Shown here: positions 30,236 through 39,786 of the stretch, in pieces
How the letters are laid out: each line of letters opens with the position of its first letter
Numbering within the stretch: the stretch's first letter is position 1
NCBI GenBank assembly: GCA_047629075.1
Contig: JBLHWW010000001.1
Coordinates: 2,261-66,260, forward strand
Reading direction: 5' to 3'
DNA length: 64,000 bases
Source: Psychromonas sp.
GTDB lineage: Bacteria; Pseudomonadota; Gammaproteobacteria; Enterobacterales; Psychromonadaceae
Made by a program: the position numbers and the translations under genes
Notes under the pieces: model-generated
The model's input: the letters and a program-made list of their open reading frames with translations, nothing else
Databases searched by the model: none
What the model was told of the DNA's origin: nothing

Positions 30236-30550
30236 TTATTCAAATATTCCTGTTTCTTTTAACGCCCTATTTTCCGTTTCAGATCCACGGTAACCGCTAA
30301 AATCTTCTTCGAACTTTTCGGCGGTTATTACCGCGTAAAAAGGCTCGTCGGTTTCGCTCCAACTTTGCGGGCCGACATATGGCCTACCATTTAAGTTAGT
30401 TGCTATGATTAAAACATTCCCGTCTTCTTTTCTGTATGCCATAGCCACCATTTGGTTAATAGATGTTTTGCCGATTTGTTCAATATTTCCATACGGAATT
30501 GTAACGCCGCCGATTTTGTTTAGTACTTTTGTTAATGAGACCGTTTTCAT
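30236..30550 (-). CDS. Hypothetical protein ending directly at cassette 3' box
   Basis: 104 aa; ends TTT GAA TAA then AACCGAGCAACCAC. Confidence 0.7.
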   Translation of the reverse strand: MKTVSLTKVLNKIGGVTIPYGNIEQIGKTSINQMVAMAYRKEDGNVLIIATNLNGRPYVGPQSWSETDEPFYAVITAEKFEEDFSGYRGSETENRALKETGIFE

Positions 30551-30760
30551 GTTTTTTTCCTTTATTGATTTTACTTCAGTGCAGTAAAATATTACTCGCC
30601 CTGTTTGTCTAATAAGGGCGACTCACGCCACCTCTTTATTTTATATTTCCTGTGGTTGATTGATTTTGGTTGACAGTTATCTTAGCTTTGCTTAGTATAC
30701 AAATATCAGCTTGTAGATGACCACTGATTTAAGCCACTACATAAGCAACCGTTTATCGGA

Positions 30761-30792
30761 GAAAAGCCTCAATCATTTGATTGGGGCTTTTC
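30761..30792. terminator. Hairpin, probable intrinsic terminator
   Basis: GAAAAGCCTCAATCA-TT-TGATTGGGGCTTTTC. Confidence 0.55.
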
Positions 30793-30984
30793 ACTTTATA
30801 TAGCGCCGTTCAAAACCCCTTGATTTTATGACATTCAGGCCATGCACCGTTTGCAAACACCTGTTTATGCTTTTGACGTTTGGTTTTAATGTTCATAATT
30901 TCCTCTTTGTTTAATTATCGATTATAAGCATCATAATTATATCTCCTGGGATTGTGTATTTAAATTTAAGGTAAAAATAAGGGC

Positions 30985-31422
30985 TTACGCCGCCCTTAAA
31001 GTGATCACCCAGCCATTGTTTTTATCAGCCAGCTCTTTAATCTGATTAGTCAATCTTGTTTTGAACTCCCAAACAAAGATACTCGCAGAATCATTAATAA
31101 TGCAGGCATGAACAAACCCATCGGCAACAGCATTTTTAACGTATGAATAAAATGGCCCGTCCCCGATTATTCTACCGACTGGCGAAAAACATTTATATTT
31201 TTCTTTTTCATTGACCACTAAAAAGTATTCGTTTTCAATTAATTTCACAAGGCCCTTTACAGTTTTAAACGTGCCAGGGGCATTGTTAACGGATTTATGT
31301 ATCTCTGCCGAATTGTTAGCAGGGCAATCATGACTATTGATGTGATCCATAAATTCTGCTTTATTTGAAAAGGGTAAATTAACTTTAACAGACGGAGTAG
31401 GTTTGATTTTAACTAATGACAT
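30985..31422 (-). CDS. Hypothetical protein downstream of cassette promoter
   Basis: 145 aa, GAGG RBS. Confidence 0.7.
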   Translation of the reverse strand: MSLVKIKPTPSVKVNLPFSNKAEFMDHINSHDCPANNSAEIHKSVNNAPGTFKTVKGLVKLIENEYFLVVNEKEKYKCFSPVGRIIGDGPFYSYVKNAVADGFVHACIINDSASIFVWEFKTRLTNQIKELADKNNGWVITLRAA

Positions 31423-31461
31423 TGTGTTATCCTCTTGGTGGTTTGTTTAGCTTTAGGCGGT

Positions 31462-31575
31462 GCGCCTTGTCGATGAATTAATAATAACACACTGAGCGGA
31501 GACTGCAACTTTTAAATTAAATCAGTTTAAATTAAATTCCCGGCAATTAGATAGCCGGGATCTTGGTTGCTCCGT
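31462..31575 (-). repeat. Cassette spacer module (3' box + hairpin + promoter + partial leader)
   Basis: Minus strand ACGGAGCAACCAAGATCCCGGCTATCTAATTGCCGGG...TTTAAAAGTTGCAG...GTGTGTTATTATTAATTCATCGACAAGGCGC. Confidence 0.9.
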
Positions 31576-31608
31576 TTATTCTCAAAATAGATTGATGAGT
31601 GAAGCCCT
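31576..31608 (-). pseudogene. 3' relic of a seventh Imm5-like cassette gene
   Basis: AGG GCT TCA CTC ATC AAT CTA TTT TGA GAA TAA = RASLINLF*E*, versus RASLIKMFSE* and TSLMNLFSE* in intact copies. Confidence 0.8.
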
Positions 31609-31632
31609 ATCAGCCGAGATCATACGTTTAGG

Positions 31633-32010
31633 TTAAATATTAAAATTAAATACTGGCTCACGCAATCCGCACCACGCGCATAATTCAATCAATGTTTCTT
31701 TGCCCACCAAGCTCCTGTATTTGAATCCTTTATTGCCCAAGACTATGTAGGCCTGTTCTTTGGTGACAATTTTTAGTGATAACAGGCAGTCGGCAGCACG
31801 GGGGGATAATCCATCAGCCCAGCTACCTTTTTGTTTAAACATATTGGTAGCGTCTTGATCCATAAGTGATCGAACCCAAGGTGCAAGTTTTTTCCCAGGC
31901 GACAGTTTGGCCGCTTTGACAAAAAACGCCTTGTCTTCGGGTGTCACCCGCAATACTATAGTCGCAGTGGCCGGATCGTTTTTTTTTGCATTTTTGTTAC
32001 CTGGTTTCAT
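31633..32010 (-). CDS. Putative regulator: RHH-like N-terminus plus RNA polymerase alpha-CTD-like C-terminus
   Basis: GNKNAKK...IVLRVTPEDKAFFVKAA, then LSPRAADCL..LKI.T......VGKETLIEL; likely start ATG 32010. Confidence 0.55.
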   Translation of the reverse strand: MKPGNKNAKKNDPATATIVLRVTPEDKAFFVKAAKLSPGKKLAPWVRSLMDQDATNMFKQKGSWADGLSPRAADCLLSLKIVTKEQAYIVLGNKGFKYRSLVGKETLIELCAWCGLREPVFNFNI

Positions 32011-32548
32011 TGTCTTCCCCCATTTGTTTAAACTCCCCCTCAGTAACCCAAGCTCGGCTAAAACCATGGTTGGTAAACAAACTGGCCAAACCGCTAATTT
32101 GCTTTAGCCTTAACAGTTCATCAGCATCCATACCGATGTGTCTTAATATCCATTGGTCGGACATGCCGGAATCGACCAGTTCGGCAACAATATCCCGCAT
32201 TAAATCAATGGAGTGAGATCCCCGTGCGCGGTTGTGTCGAATGGTCGAGGCCATTCGGTTGGCTTTGTCTTTGTCGATGACGCTAACCGGTAATAGTCCT
32301 CCTTCTCTTTCTCTGATCCGTTTACTCGTGAGCATTGTGGTGTAGCGGTGATAACCATCCACAATCTCGTAAACGTCTTCCTCTGCAATGTGATAGCACA
32401 CCACCGGCATGGTATAACCGTCTTCCCAAATAGACACCTCTAGTAATTTCATTTCAGGCGGAGCCACCTTATTGGGGTTGTACGCGTTTGCGCGGATTTT
32501 TTCTAGCGGAATTCCTTGTACGTTATACACTGGACTAGGCATTTTCAT
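31997..32548 (-). CDS. ParB/Srx-fold protein, IbrB/YbdM-like
   Basis: ANAYNPNKVAPPEMKLL..SI.EDGYTMPVV...IVDGYHRY...RMASTIRHNRARGSH. Confidence 0.9.
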   Translation of the reverse strand: MKMPSPVYNVQGIPLEKIRANAYNPNKVAPPEMKLLEVSIWEDGYTMPVVCYHIAEEDVYEIVDGYHRYTTMLTSKRIREREGGLLPVSVIDKDKANRMASTIRHNRARGSHSIDLMRDIVAELVDSGMSDQWILRHIGMDADELLRLKQISGLASLFTNHGFSRAWVTEGEFKQMGEDNETR

Positions 32549-32645
32549 TATCCTCTTTTATGGTCATTTCCCATTGACCAAACATCTTCTGGTCACTTTC
32601 TGTTGACTCGCCTTGCGTGATTTTTGTGATTTTCATTGCTTTCCC

Positions 32646-33956
32646 CTACAGCGACTTGTATTTCGCAATCGCAGCTTTTCGCTTTTCGCTTTCAACTTTT
32701 GTTTGACTGAATCCCATAAATTTACACAAATGGTCATTTTTTAATATACAGATGGCCATGCGCTTATATGATGGGACTGATTGAAACTCTTTCACATCGG
32801 GTTCATCCGGATAAGCATTAAACGTGACCAGCTTTTTGTCGGAGTTGTAATTGCTTTTGCCACCCACCACACACTCAATGCCTATCCCGTGCAACTCGGT
32901 AATGGTTTCTTCTGACAATACGCCACCGCGCTCCCGCCAAAACTTGATAGAGGTGGCGAACTTTTCTCGATAGGTCGCTGCTGTTTCGTCCGGCAAGGTC
33001 TTTAGCAGAAACTCAACATAAGATTGCCAAGTATGCCCTTTTGGCAGTTTTATTTTTTTCCATCCGGTGGCGCTGGTACCGCCATAGATGGCGCAAAAAT
33101 TAGCGCCATGAACCCGCCCTATCATACTGGCCCAAATGCCCGGTTCTAACACGCGATACAGTTTAAGGCTATTGATCGCCCAATCGTTGAAGGGGCTGGC
33201 GACCCGCATTTCATGCACTGACAACCCGGCATAATGAAACAAATCATAGAGATTATTGTAGTCAAATTCGAATTTGGCATTGGCCGTCCACACATCTTCC
33301 GCAGTCCAATCATAAACGGGGTAGCCGGTATACACGTCCTTGATAATTTTGGTAGTCCAAGGCTTATCGTTAAAACAACTCTTTTTGGCTACAATCGCCC
33401 GGTATCGGTTGAGGCTTTCTTGCGTTCGTATTCCAACCAGCCCAATCGTTTTACCTTTTTTGCCGCCAACATGCCGGTGATACCAACCTCCAAACTGCCG
33501 ATATACGTCCTCTTGAAGCATGCCGTATTTGTAAAAATCGAATTGATGATTGTCGATGTTGATCACACACTCATCTGTTGGCATATCTCGCACCCAAATG
33601 TCCTTTTTGGCACATTCCCACGGCAGCCAGTACTGCTCAAACATTGATGTCGCGGTTTTGCAAGCCATGGGGAGGCACACCCAATAAGGGGTGATTAAAT
33701 CCAGATTATCACGCAGGGTACGCTCAACATACTCTGTGGTGGCCGAGTACTGGGCCTCAAAATCTTGGTGGAACACCCCAATTTTTTTGGTGATATTGTT
33801 TTCTCGCATGTACTGGAGTGTAGTCTCCAGTAAAATCCCACTGTCTTTACCACCAGAAAATGACAGGTAAATATTGTCAAAGTGCTCAAAGATGTACTTT
33901 AGCCGCTGCTGAGTGGCTCGGTAAACGTCAATACTTAACCTTATGTCAGTTCGCAT
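32646..33956 (-). CDS. PAPS-reductase-like PP-loop protein with DUF3440, IbrA/YbdN-like
   Basis: SFSGGKDS, VGIRTQESLNRY, YPVYDW...DVW, PSYKRMAICILKNDHLCKFMGF. Confidence 0.9.
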   Translation of the reverse strand: MRTDIRLSIDVYRATQQRLKYIFEHFDNIYLSFSGGKDSGILLETTLQYMRENNITKKIGVFHQDFEAQYSATTEYVERTLRDNLDLITPYWVCLPMACKTATSMFEQYWLPWECAKKDIWVRDMPTDECVINIDNHQFDFYKYGMLQEDVYRQFGGWYHRHVGGKKGKTIGLVGIRTQESLNRYRAIVAKKSCFNDKPWTTKIIKDVYTGYPVYDWTAEDVWTANAKFEFDYNNLYDLFHYAGLSVHEMRVASPFNDWAINSLKLYRVLEPGIWASMIGRVHGANFCAIYGGTSATGWKKIKLPKGHTWQSYVEFLLKTLPDETAATYREKFATSIKFWRERGGVLSEETITELHGIGIECVVGGKSNYNSDKKLVTFNAYPDEPDVKEFQSVPSYKRMAICILKNDHLCKFMGFSQTKVESEKRKAAIAKYKSL

Positions 33957-35377
33957 TATAATGATCCTATTAAGTTTTTTAACTGGCCCTTACCCATGTC
34001 TTTGACAGCATCAATCTCGCTGCGAAAGACGCCTAGTGCATCGGCTTTCATACCAATGGCTGACCGTATTCTGTCTTCTATGCCACAATTAACCCAAATA
34101 TCAAAATAGCTTACCGGCAACGTTTGACCAATCCGATGTAAACGGTCCTCGGCCTGTATCCGTTCACTATATTTAAACGTATTGGTGTAAAACAAGGCGT
34201 GGTGAGATTCAACCAACGTCAGTCCATAGCCGCCACAACTGGCCGTGGCAACAAATACCCCGCCCAGTCGGCGCCACCGAGCCAAGCTATCTGCCCTTTG
34301 CGCCTCGTTCATATCGCCGTAATACTTACTGATATTGATATCTGGCAGTTCTTTTTCTAAGCAAGATTGAACCGATGCCACCGAACGGCGATATTTTACC
34401 CAAACCACTACATGCTTACCTTGCAATTGTCCAAGATGCCGGATAAGTTCCCTATTCTTCAAGGTGTCGATGGCTTCTCCGGCACCCGGGTTGTTTGCGG
34501 GGATCACCCCATTAACCACAGATTGTAACGCTGAAAACAGCCGAAAGATGGCCCCGCCCATATCATCAAAGTCTAAATCTTGCGCTTCCTCTTCAAACGC
34601 CTTCTTGGCATCTTGGTAATAGGCTTGTTGTTCGCCAGTCATTTCAACCAAGGCGTAGTTCGTCGTTTTGGTCGGCAAGGTCAAGCACTCTTCTTTGGTG
34701 ACCTGATAAACGTAGGGCGCAATTTTAGCCCCCAGCCAATCAGTGTGGTACCGCTCTTTGATCATCCCCTTAAAGTGCTCACTGTATTCCAGGTGCTTGC
34801 GTCTAAAGGCGTACCACGATGTATAACCTAAAATTTTGGTGCTCAGAAAGGTGATTTGTGTATATAGGTCTTCAATACCTTGACTGATAGGGGTGCCATT
34901 CAATACCAGGCGATACCGCGCCCGACCACCCAGCAAGATCAGGCGTTGTGATCGGTTTGAACGATGCCCCTTTATAAATGAACTTTCATCAACAACCAAC
35001 ATGGTTTTGTCATCGATAAGCCTGTCCATGGCCATAACCACCCGATCACTACTACCCAGACTCTCCAGTCCCACAATATGCCAAAACTTGTTAGGCAGAT
35101 TATGGGAGGCCGTCTTGTTGTTGAACACATTAACATCACCCGGTATGCAAGATGTGTGTTGCATGATTTGATCGTGCGTGTTTAGCTTTAACGACACAGG
35201 ACAACACCAAACCACCTTGCTGATCTTTTGTCTTCTCAAAAAGGCGAGCATAATAACCACTAGGCTTTTACCCGTGCCCATGTCCATAAACAAACCGCCA
35301 ACCCTCAACTTCATCATTTTCATAAATGCGGTGTCTTGATGGGTTAGCGGTGTCGTGGTGATGGCCCAATCAGTCAT
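33956..35377 (-). CDS. SNF2-family helicase/ATPase
   Basis: LFMDMGTGKS, VVDESS, LNGTP, GGYGLTL, QAEDRLHRIGQ. Confidence 0.9.
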   Translation of the reverse strand: MTDWAITTTPLTHQDTAFMKMMKLRVGGLFMDMGTGKSLVVIMLAFLRRQKISKVVWCCPVSLKLNTHDQIMQHTSCIPGDVNVFNNKTASHNLPNKFWHIVGLESLGSSDRVVMAMDRLIDDKTMLVVDESSFIKGHRSNRSQRLILLGGRARYRLVLNGTPISQGIEDLYTQITFLSTKILGYTSWYAFRRKHLEYSEHFKGMIKERYHTDWLGAKIAPYVYQVTKEECLTLPTKTTNYALVEMTGEQQAYYQDAKKAFEEEAQDLDFDDMGGAIFRLFSALQSVVNGVIPANNPGAGEAIDTLKNRELIRHLGQLQGKHVVVWVKYRRSVASVQSCLEKELPDINISKYYGDMNEAQRADSLARWRRLGGVFVATASCGGYGLTLVESHHALFYTNTFKYSERIQAEDRLHRIGQTLPVSYFDIWVNCGIEDRIRSAIGMKADALGVFRSEIDAVKDMGKGQLKNLIGSL

Positions 35378-36524
35378 CTAACAAGCTCTTATCAATGCCT
35401 ATATTTTCCAAGACTGGTTCAACCGATTCAATATCAATTCCTTCTGAGACTGGTAATGCCCGTTTGAGCAATTGGCTTTCATGTGCTTCTTTTGTTGACT
35501 TTATAAGAGCTTTGGCCCCAGGAGAAACATGCAACAAATGACGGCTGATCATATCCTCGATGATGTCCACATACTTGCACGGAAGCAACCATTTTTTGTG
35601 CTCATAATGACCGCGCTTATCTGCATCATTAAGAACTCGAAGTTCATTAAACAATGAATGATTATCATCAAACCAATGTACCGCGAATTTGCCACCTTGA
35701 TTTACCACCCAACGCGGATATCGAGGTTTAAACTCTCCTGCCAATGCTTTTTCTTTTACCTCAACATCTAGACACTTAACAATAATGTTTTTGGCCAGTA
35801 TGTGGTTAACCACTTCGGCGGCTCTATCCAATAGAGCCCCATCAATCACACTGCATTCGAGTACCCACAACTTTCCATTCCAACGGAAAAACAATTGATG
35901 CATAATTTCGGTTAAAGTTGTGAATCGATTTGGAAAATGAACCAAAACGTGGTTGAACCTAGCATCTACAATAACCTCGGCAATTTCTGGACTAGCAGGT
36001 TCTTTTGGGCGTACGGTAGCCTCTTCAAGAACTTTTACTGCTTCAGGTTTACTATCTGACAGTTTGCGAACTGTCAGTGGGAGGGTTTTTTTAAACAGAG
36101 ATTCAGCATTAAGATCACGATTATCAATCCACTGTCGAACATCAGTTTCTACTTGAAGTAGTGTGACAAAACAGTCAAAAGCGTCGAGCTGATTTTCTCC
36201 CTCAAGTTCGCAGCTTTCAAATAACACCGCTTGATTTTGTTCAAACCAATCAAACGAATATGTGATGATTCGCTTGTGACGGATAACAATTGCCCAGTCA
36301 ATCTGTTTATCCGACCCAACCAGTTCAGGCAAGCCATGCTCAAGGCTAAAAGCGATTGCCTCATCTCTTTCTTGTTTTTTCTTTTTTTCTTCACACAACT
36401 CACAGATTTTCCCATTTTGCGAGTGCCAGTCGGCACGTCTTTGTGATTCTTTTGAGTTGCACCCGGAAAACTGCATTTTGATGTCGGTTCCGCATGATAC
36501 ACATCCGCAGTACGCTCTTGCCAT
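35370..36524 (-). CDS. Hypothetical protein with N-terminal Cys cluster, coupled to SNF2 gene
   Basis: 384 aa; C.C..C, CELC, LPELVGSDKQIDWA motif. Confidence 0.75.
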   Translation of the reverse strand: MARAYCGCVSCGTDIKMQFSGCNSKESQRRADWHSQNGKICELCEEKKKKQERDEAIAFSLEHGLPELVGSDKQIDWAIVIRHKRIITYSFDWFEQNQAVLFESCELEGENQLDAFDCFVTLLQVETDVRQWIDNRDLNAESLFKKTLPLTVRKLSDSKPEAVKVLEEATVRPKEPASPEIAEVIVDARFNHVLVHFPNRFTTLTEIMHQLFFRWNGKLWVLECSVIDGALLDRAAEVVNHILAKNIIVKCLDVEVKEKALAGEFKPRYPRWVVNQGGKFAVHWFDDNHSLFNELRVLNDADKRGHYEHKKWLLPCKYVDIIEDMISRHLLHVSPGAKALIKSTKEAHESQLLKRALPVSEGIDIESVEPVLENIGIDKSLLDD

Positions 36525-36815
36525 TTTATTTCTCCAGTTATTCCTGGTCCCGCCAGGTCGGTTACTATAGGTTAATTATACTTAACTAAATTTGTTTTGT
36601 ATATACATATCGACGGTTTGTTTTTGAGTTTCATTTACGGTTTAGGTTAGGCGGCGAACCGCCCCGGTTGATGTAGCTACACTATATCAGTTTAAATCTA
36701 CGTGCAAGCTATATTTTACGTTTACTAATTTAAATTACGTGCGAGTATTTATTTACATGCATCATTAGTAGTGGCATGATAACCGTAGTTTTTTAATCAC
36801 TGAGTATTTATTTAA

Positions 36816-37025
36816 ATGAATTCCCTACAATTAGCATTATTTTTTTCAACATTTAAAACAAAACCCGAGCTACAAGCTGCTATTAGGAGCTTTTTAACGG
36901 ATAACTCGCAGAGTATGTATTCTGCTGAGCAAAAGTACGAGGTGAGCCGGGGGAGCCTGGCACGGGCTTTAGAGCGGGTGGATAAATATCATCAGTTTAC
37001 GTTAGAAATGGCAAAACTGGAATAA
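36816..37025 (+). CDS. Small HTH-like regulator
   Basis: AEQKYEVSRGSLARAL HTH-like pattern. Confidence 0.5.
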   Translation: MNSLQLALFFSTFKTKPELQAAIRSFLTDNSQSMYSAEQKYEVSRGSLARALERVDKYHQFTLEMAKLE

Positions 37026-37114
37026 ATCAAATTACACGTAAAATACCGCTTGCAAGTTTATTTTTACGTGTTATAGTTACCCCATCGAAGCGAAACAAAG
37101 CAAAGGAAGTTACT

Positions 37115-37474
37115 ATGAATTTATCAATCCAGGGCCTTAACGACTTATTAGACGGTAGTCAGTACCAGGCAGTAGGTATCAGAGCAATGACAGGCGGGTT
37201 TGTAGTTAACCCAGGGGATGAAATCAATGACAGTTTTGTATGGGTTGATGGTGAATGCACTGACGAGACCTTGGAGGGTGCTAGCGCACTTAATTTAGAG
37301 TTTGACGGTTGGGAAGTGCAATCGGACCGATTTAATGAAATGCTTTTACAGTCAAAATCATACGGCCACGAAAATCAGTTAGTCGTTGTTGGCTGTTGCG
37401 GTAATGACCACTACGAGGGAAATGATATGAATGAAGTGGTTTTGCCAAACGCTGTATGCATTGCAATAATTTAA
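37115..37474 (+). CDS. Hypothetical acidic protein
   Basis: 119 aa, AAGGAAG RBS, TTGCAA...TATAGT promoter-like sequence upstream. Confidence 0.7.
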   Translation: MNLSIQGLNDLLDGSQYQAVGIRAMTGGFVVNPGDEINDSFVWVDGECTDETLEGASALNLEFDGWEVQSDRFNEMLLQSKSYGHENQLVVVGCCGNDHYEGNDMNEVVLPNAVCIAII

Positions 37475-37659
37475 CCTCATTGAAACAAAGCAAATTAAGG
37501 TATTGTCATGGTGAACGTGTTAAATGCCCACATTGCGGCGTAATGACAGAGGTTTGGTAACTCGTTAGATAGGCCGTGATTGTTATTTAACTGGCTACTA
37601 CCGACAAAGCCCGCAAGCGCGGGCTGATAAAGTCAGGGGGAGATTCAGCCCCGGTCTGT

Positions 37660-37884
37660 TTAAAACGTGGTCGGTTGCGCGACACCGCGAATCGCCCACA
37701 TAAAGCCCTGTTGCAGATTGGTTCTACCCAGGGCCACCGCGCGTTTATCCGTCGAGGCATCAGATTCGAGCGCCGCGATAAATTCGCCGACTTGTTCAGC
37801 CAATGCTTTACCCTGATTCATTAAATCAATCTCGCGCTGCGAAAGGTCGCGGTACCCTTTTATTTTCTGGTGTTGATTGTCCAT
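37660..37884 (-). CDS. acb2: Anti-CBASS cyclic-nucleotide sponge Acb2 homologue
   Basis: MDNQHQKIKGYRDLSQREIDLMN..K...ALGRTNLQQGFMWAIRGVAQPTTF matches the Acb2 N- and C-terminal signature as I recall it. Confidence 0.9.
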   Translation of the reverse strand: MDNQHQKIKGYRDLSQREIDLMNQGKALAEQVGEFIAALESDASTDKRAVALGRTNLQQGFMWAIRGVAQPTTF

Positions 37885-37965
37885 TTTAAATTCTCGCTCT
37901 TTTTTATATTATTGAGTTACTACATTAAGTTTTGTCGCCACAAGTACAGTGCCGATGAATTCATA

Positions 37966-38442
37966 TTAACACAAATTATTGATTATTGTTTCGGCCTGCC
38001 CTTTATTAGCCATTAATACACTATCACCGTTGAGGTATACAGCCTGGAAACCTCGGCTTTCGTAATATCGCTGTAGATTAAAACCCTTTAGTTGAGGTTC
38101 TGCTGTTAGAGCCACGAGTATGTCTACTTTTGTAACATCTAATGTCTGACTCTCAAAATTCGACATCAAAACCTTACCGTATCCCTGCCCTCGCCATATA
38201 CGCTTAACGTATAGCTCAGCTAACAAACCCACCGTACCATATTTATCGCGTAAAATCGAGATCAGCGCATTGATGTAGCCGGATTTGTCAGGCAATGAAA
38301 GTATTAATTCGCCTTTCATCCATTTATAGCTCTCATCGTCGCTAGCTATGACTGTTCTGACTCGACCGTGATCACTCTCAGTTAGACATACGTGATCACG
38401 AGTCCACATTCCATCCGGCCAATTGCTACCGTTGACTATCAT
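37966..38442 (-). CDS. GNAT family acetyltransferase
   Basis: ELYVKRIWRGQGYGKVLM ... LQRYYESRGF. Confidence 0.85.
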   Translation of the reverse strand: MIVNGSNWPDGMWTRDHVCLTESDHGRVRTVIASDDESYKWMKGELILSLPDKSGYINALISILRDKYGTVGLLAELYVKRIWRGQGYGKVLMSNFESQTLDVTKVDILVALTAEPQLKGFNLQRYYESRGFQAVYLNGDSVLMANKGQAETIINNLC

Positions 38443-38504
38443 ATTAATCGGCCTGTTTAATCTAATTTCCCCTGGTTATGTATTGATTGTTAATCCAACC
38501 TTTG

Positions 38505-38942
38505 TTATCCGATTGGGTTTAATACTGGCCGGATAACAACGGTTGTGTGTTCGGCGTGCGAAGCGCTTGGTTTAGTCGACACGTTAATATCTCCACCCCA
38601 AACAATAATGCACTCGGGCGTTGTAAAAATTTTGGGTTGGTGTTTAAACGCATCTAGCTGCCACTCATCAAGATTATGTGTGATTATATCCCTGGCCTCG
38701 TCAACAGAGTGCGCAAGGGCTGACACTGTGCTAGGGCCATACTCTATAGCCGCGTTGTCCCAGACGTATAGTTTTAGTTGTTCGTTTAATTTTTTAAACA
38801 CAGCTTCATTGTTGAGATCTTGATCTTCATAATATGTATCAACTATATCACGGGTTTCGCTATACTCACACAACGGGCTTTGATTATGAATACGCTTATA
38901 CATACGCTTTGTCGTTATGTGTTGATGAGTCGGGTTTTTCAT
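38505..38942 (-). CDS. Hypothetical protein
   Basis: 145 aa ORF. Confidence 0.6.
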   Translation of the reverse strand: MKNPTHQHITTKRMYKRIHNQSPLCEYSETRDIVDTYYEDQDLNNEAVFKKLNEQLKLYVWDNAAIEYGPSTVSALAHSVDEARDIITHNLDEWQLDAFKHQPKIFTTPECIIVWGGDINVSTKPSASHAEHTTVVIRPVLNPIG

Positions 38943-39456
38943 TTTACATTACCTTTGATTTGTGTTGATTGTGGATTCTATCGCACGAAGAATCCTGATA
39001 GAAAACGTACACCGCGTTGGGTTACGTATATGTGGTCTACAACTCGTTGGTTGCGCATTCGACGTGCGCCGCGCTTTGTTTTAATTTTCATGGTTTAGTT
39101 CCAGTAGGTTACTGTAGATAGGTTGGCCCAAATCCACACTGTTAAAATCAAACATGCAATAGACGTTATTTTTACCGATTTCCTTACATTGTCCCCTAGC
39201 AAGAATCCAATAGACATTAATATAATTATCACCGATAGCAGAGTGTTAACACATAATATAAAATGAATCATGGTTTAGCTCCACTTGCCCGTTTTACGTA
39301 GATAGGTGTTACACCGCTTACACAACCGCCATACTTGGTTACGATGGCCGCCAATGCCCCGCTTGACCGTTGCAGTTTGACCACATCCACAACGGAATCG
39401 TTTTACTTGTTCCTTCATAATTTTTTATCCTGCGGGGCTACTGCCCCGGTCTGTGT

Positions 39457-39786
39457 TTAAATTGGTTCACAAAACGATTTTCGGGCTTTGTCACATCTTG
39501 TTAATTGTGGCCCTAGTTGTTTTTGCACTGCATCAAACAAACCAGGGACAGCTTGCGCGTGAGGCTCTAAATAATGTCGACCCAACTGGGCGTAAAAACC
39601 CCTTAAGTAAGCTTCTGGACCATATGTGAACATTGCCATCAACGCTCGCGCCTCTTTTTCCGGCAATTCAAAATGCAGTGTTGCCTCAAGTGTTGCTTGG
39701 TTTGTTACTTTCATTTTCATTCCAGCGGGGCCAATACCCCGGTTTGTTAAATAATTGACTCGTCTTTTACTCTGGTACGATTCCAA
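39457..39786 (-). CDS. Hypothetical phage protein (start uncertain)
   Basis: 109 aa ORF; internal ATG near 39720 is a plausible start. Confidence 0.6.
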   Translation of the reverse strand: MESYQSKRRVNYLTNRGIGPAGMKMKVTNQATLEATLHFELPEKEARALMAMFTYGPEAYLRGFYAQLGRHYLEPHAQAVPGLFDAVQKQLGPQLTRCDKARKSFCEPI

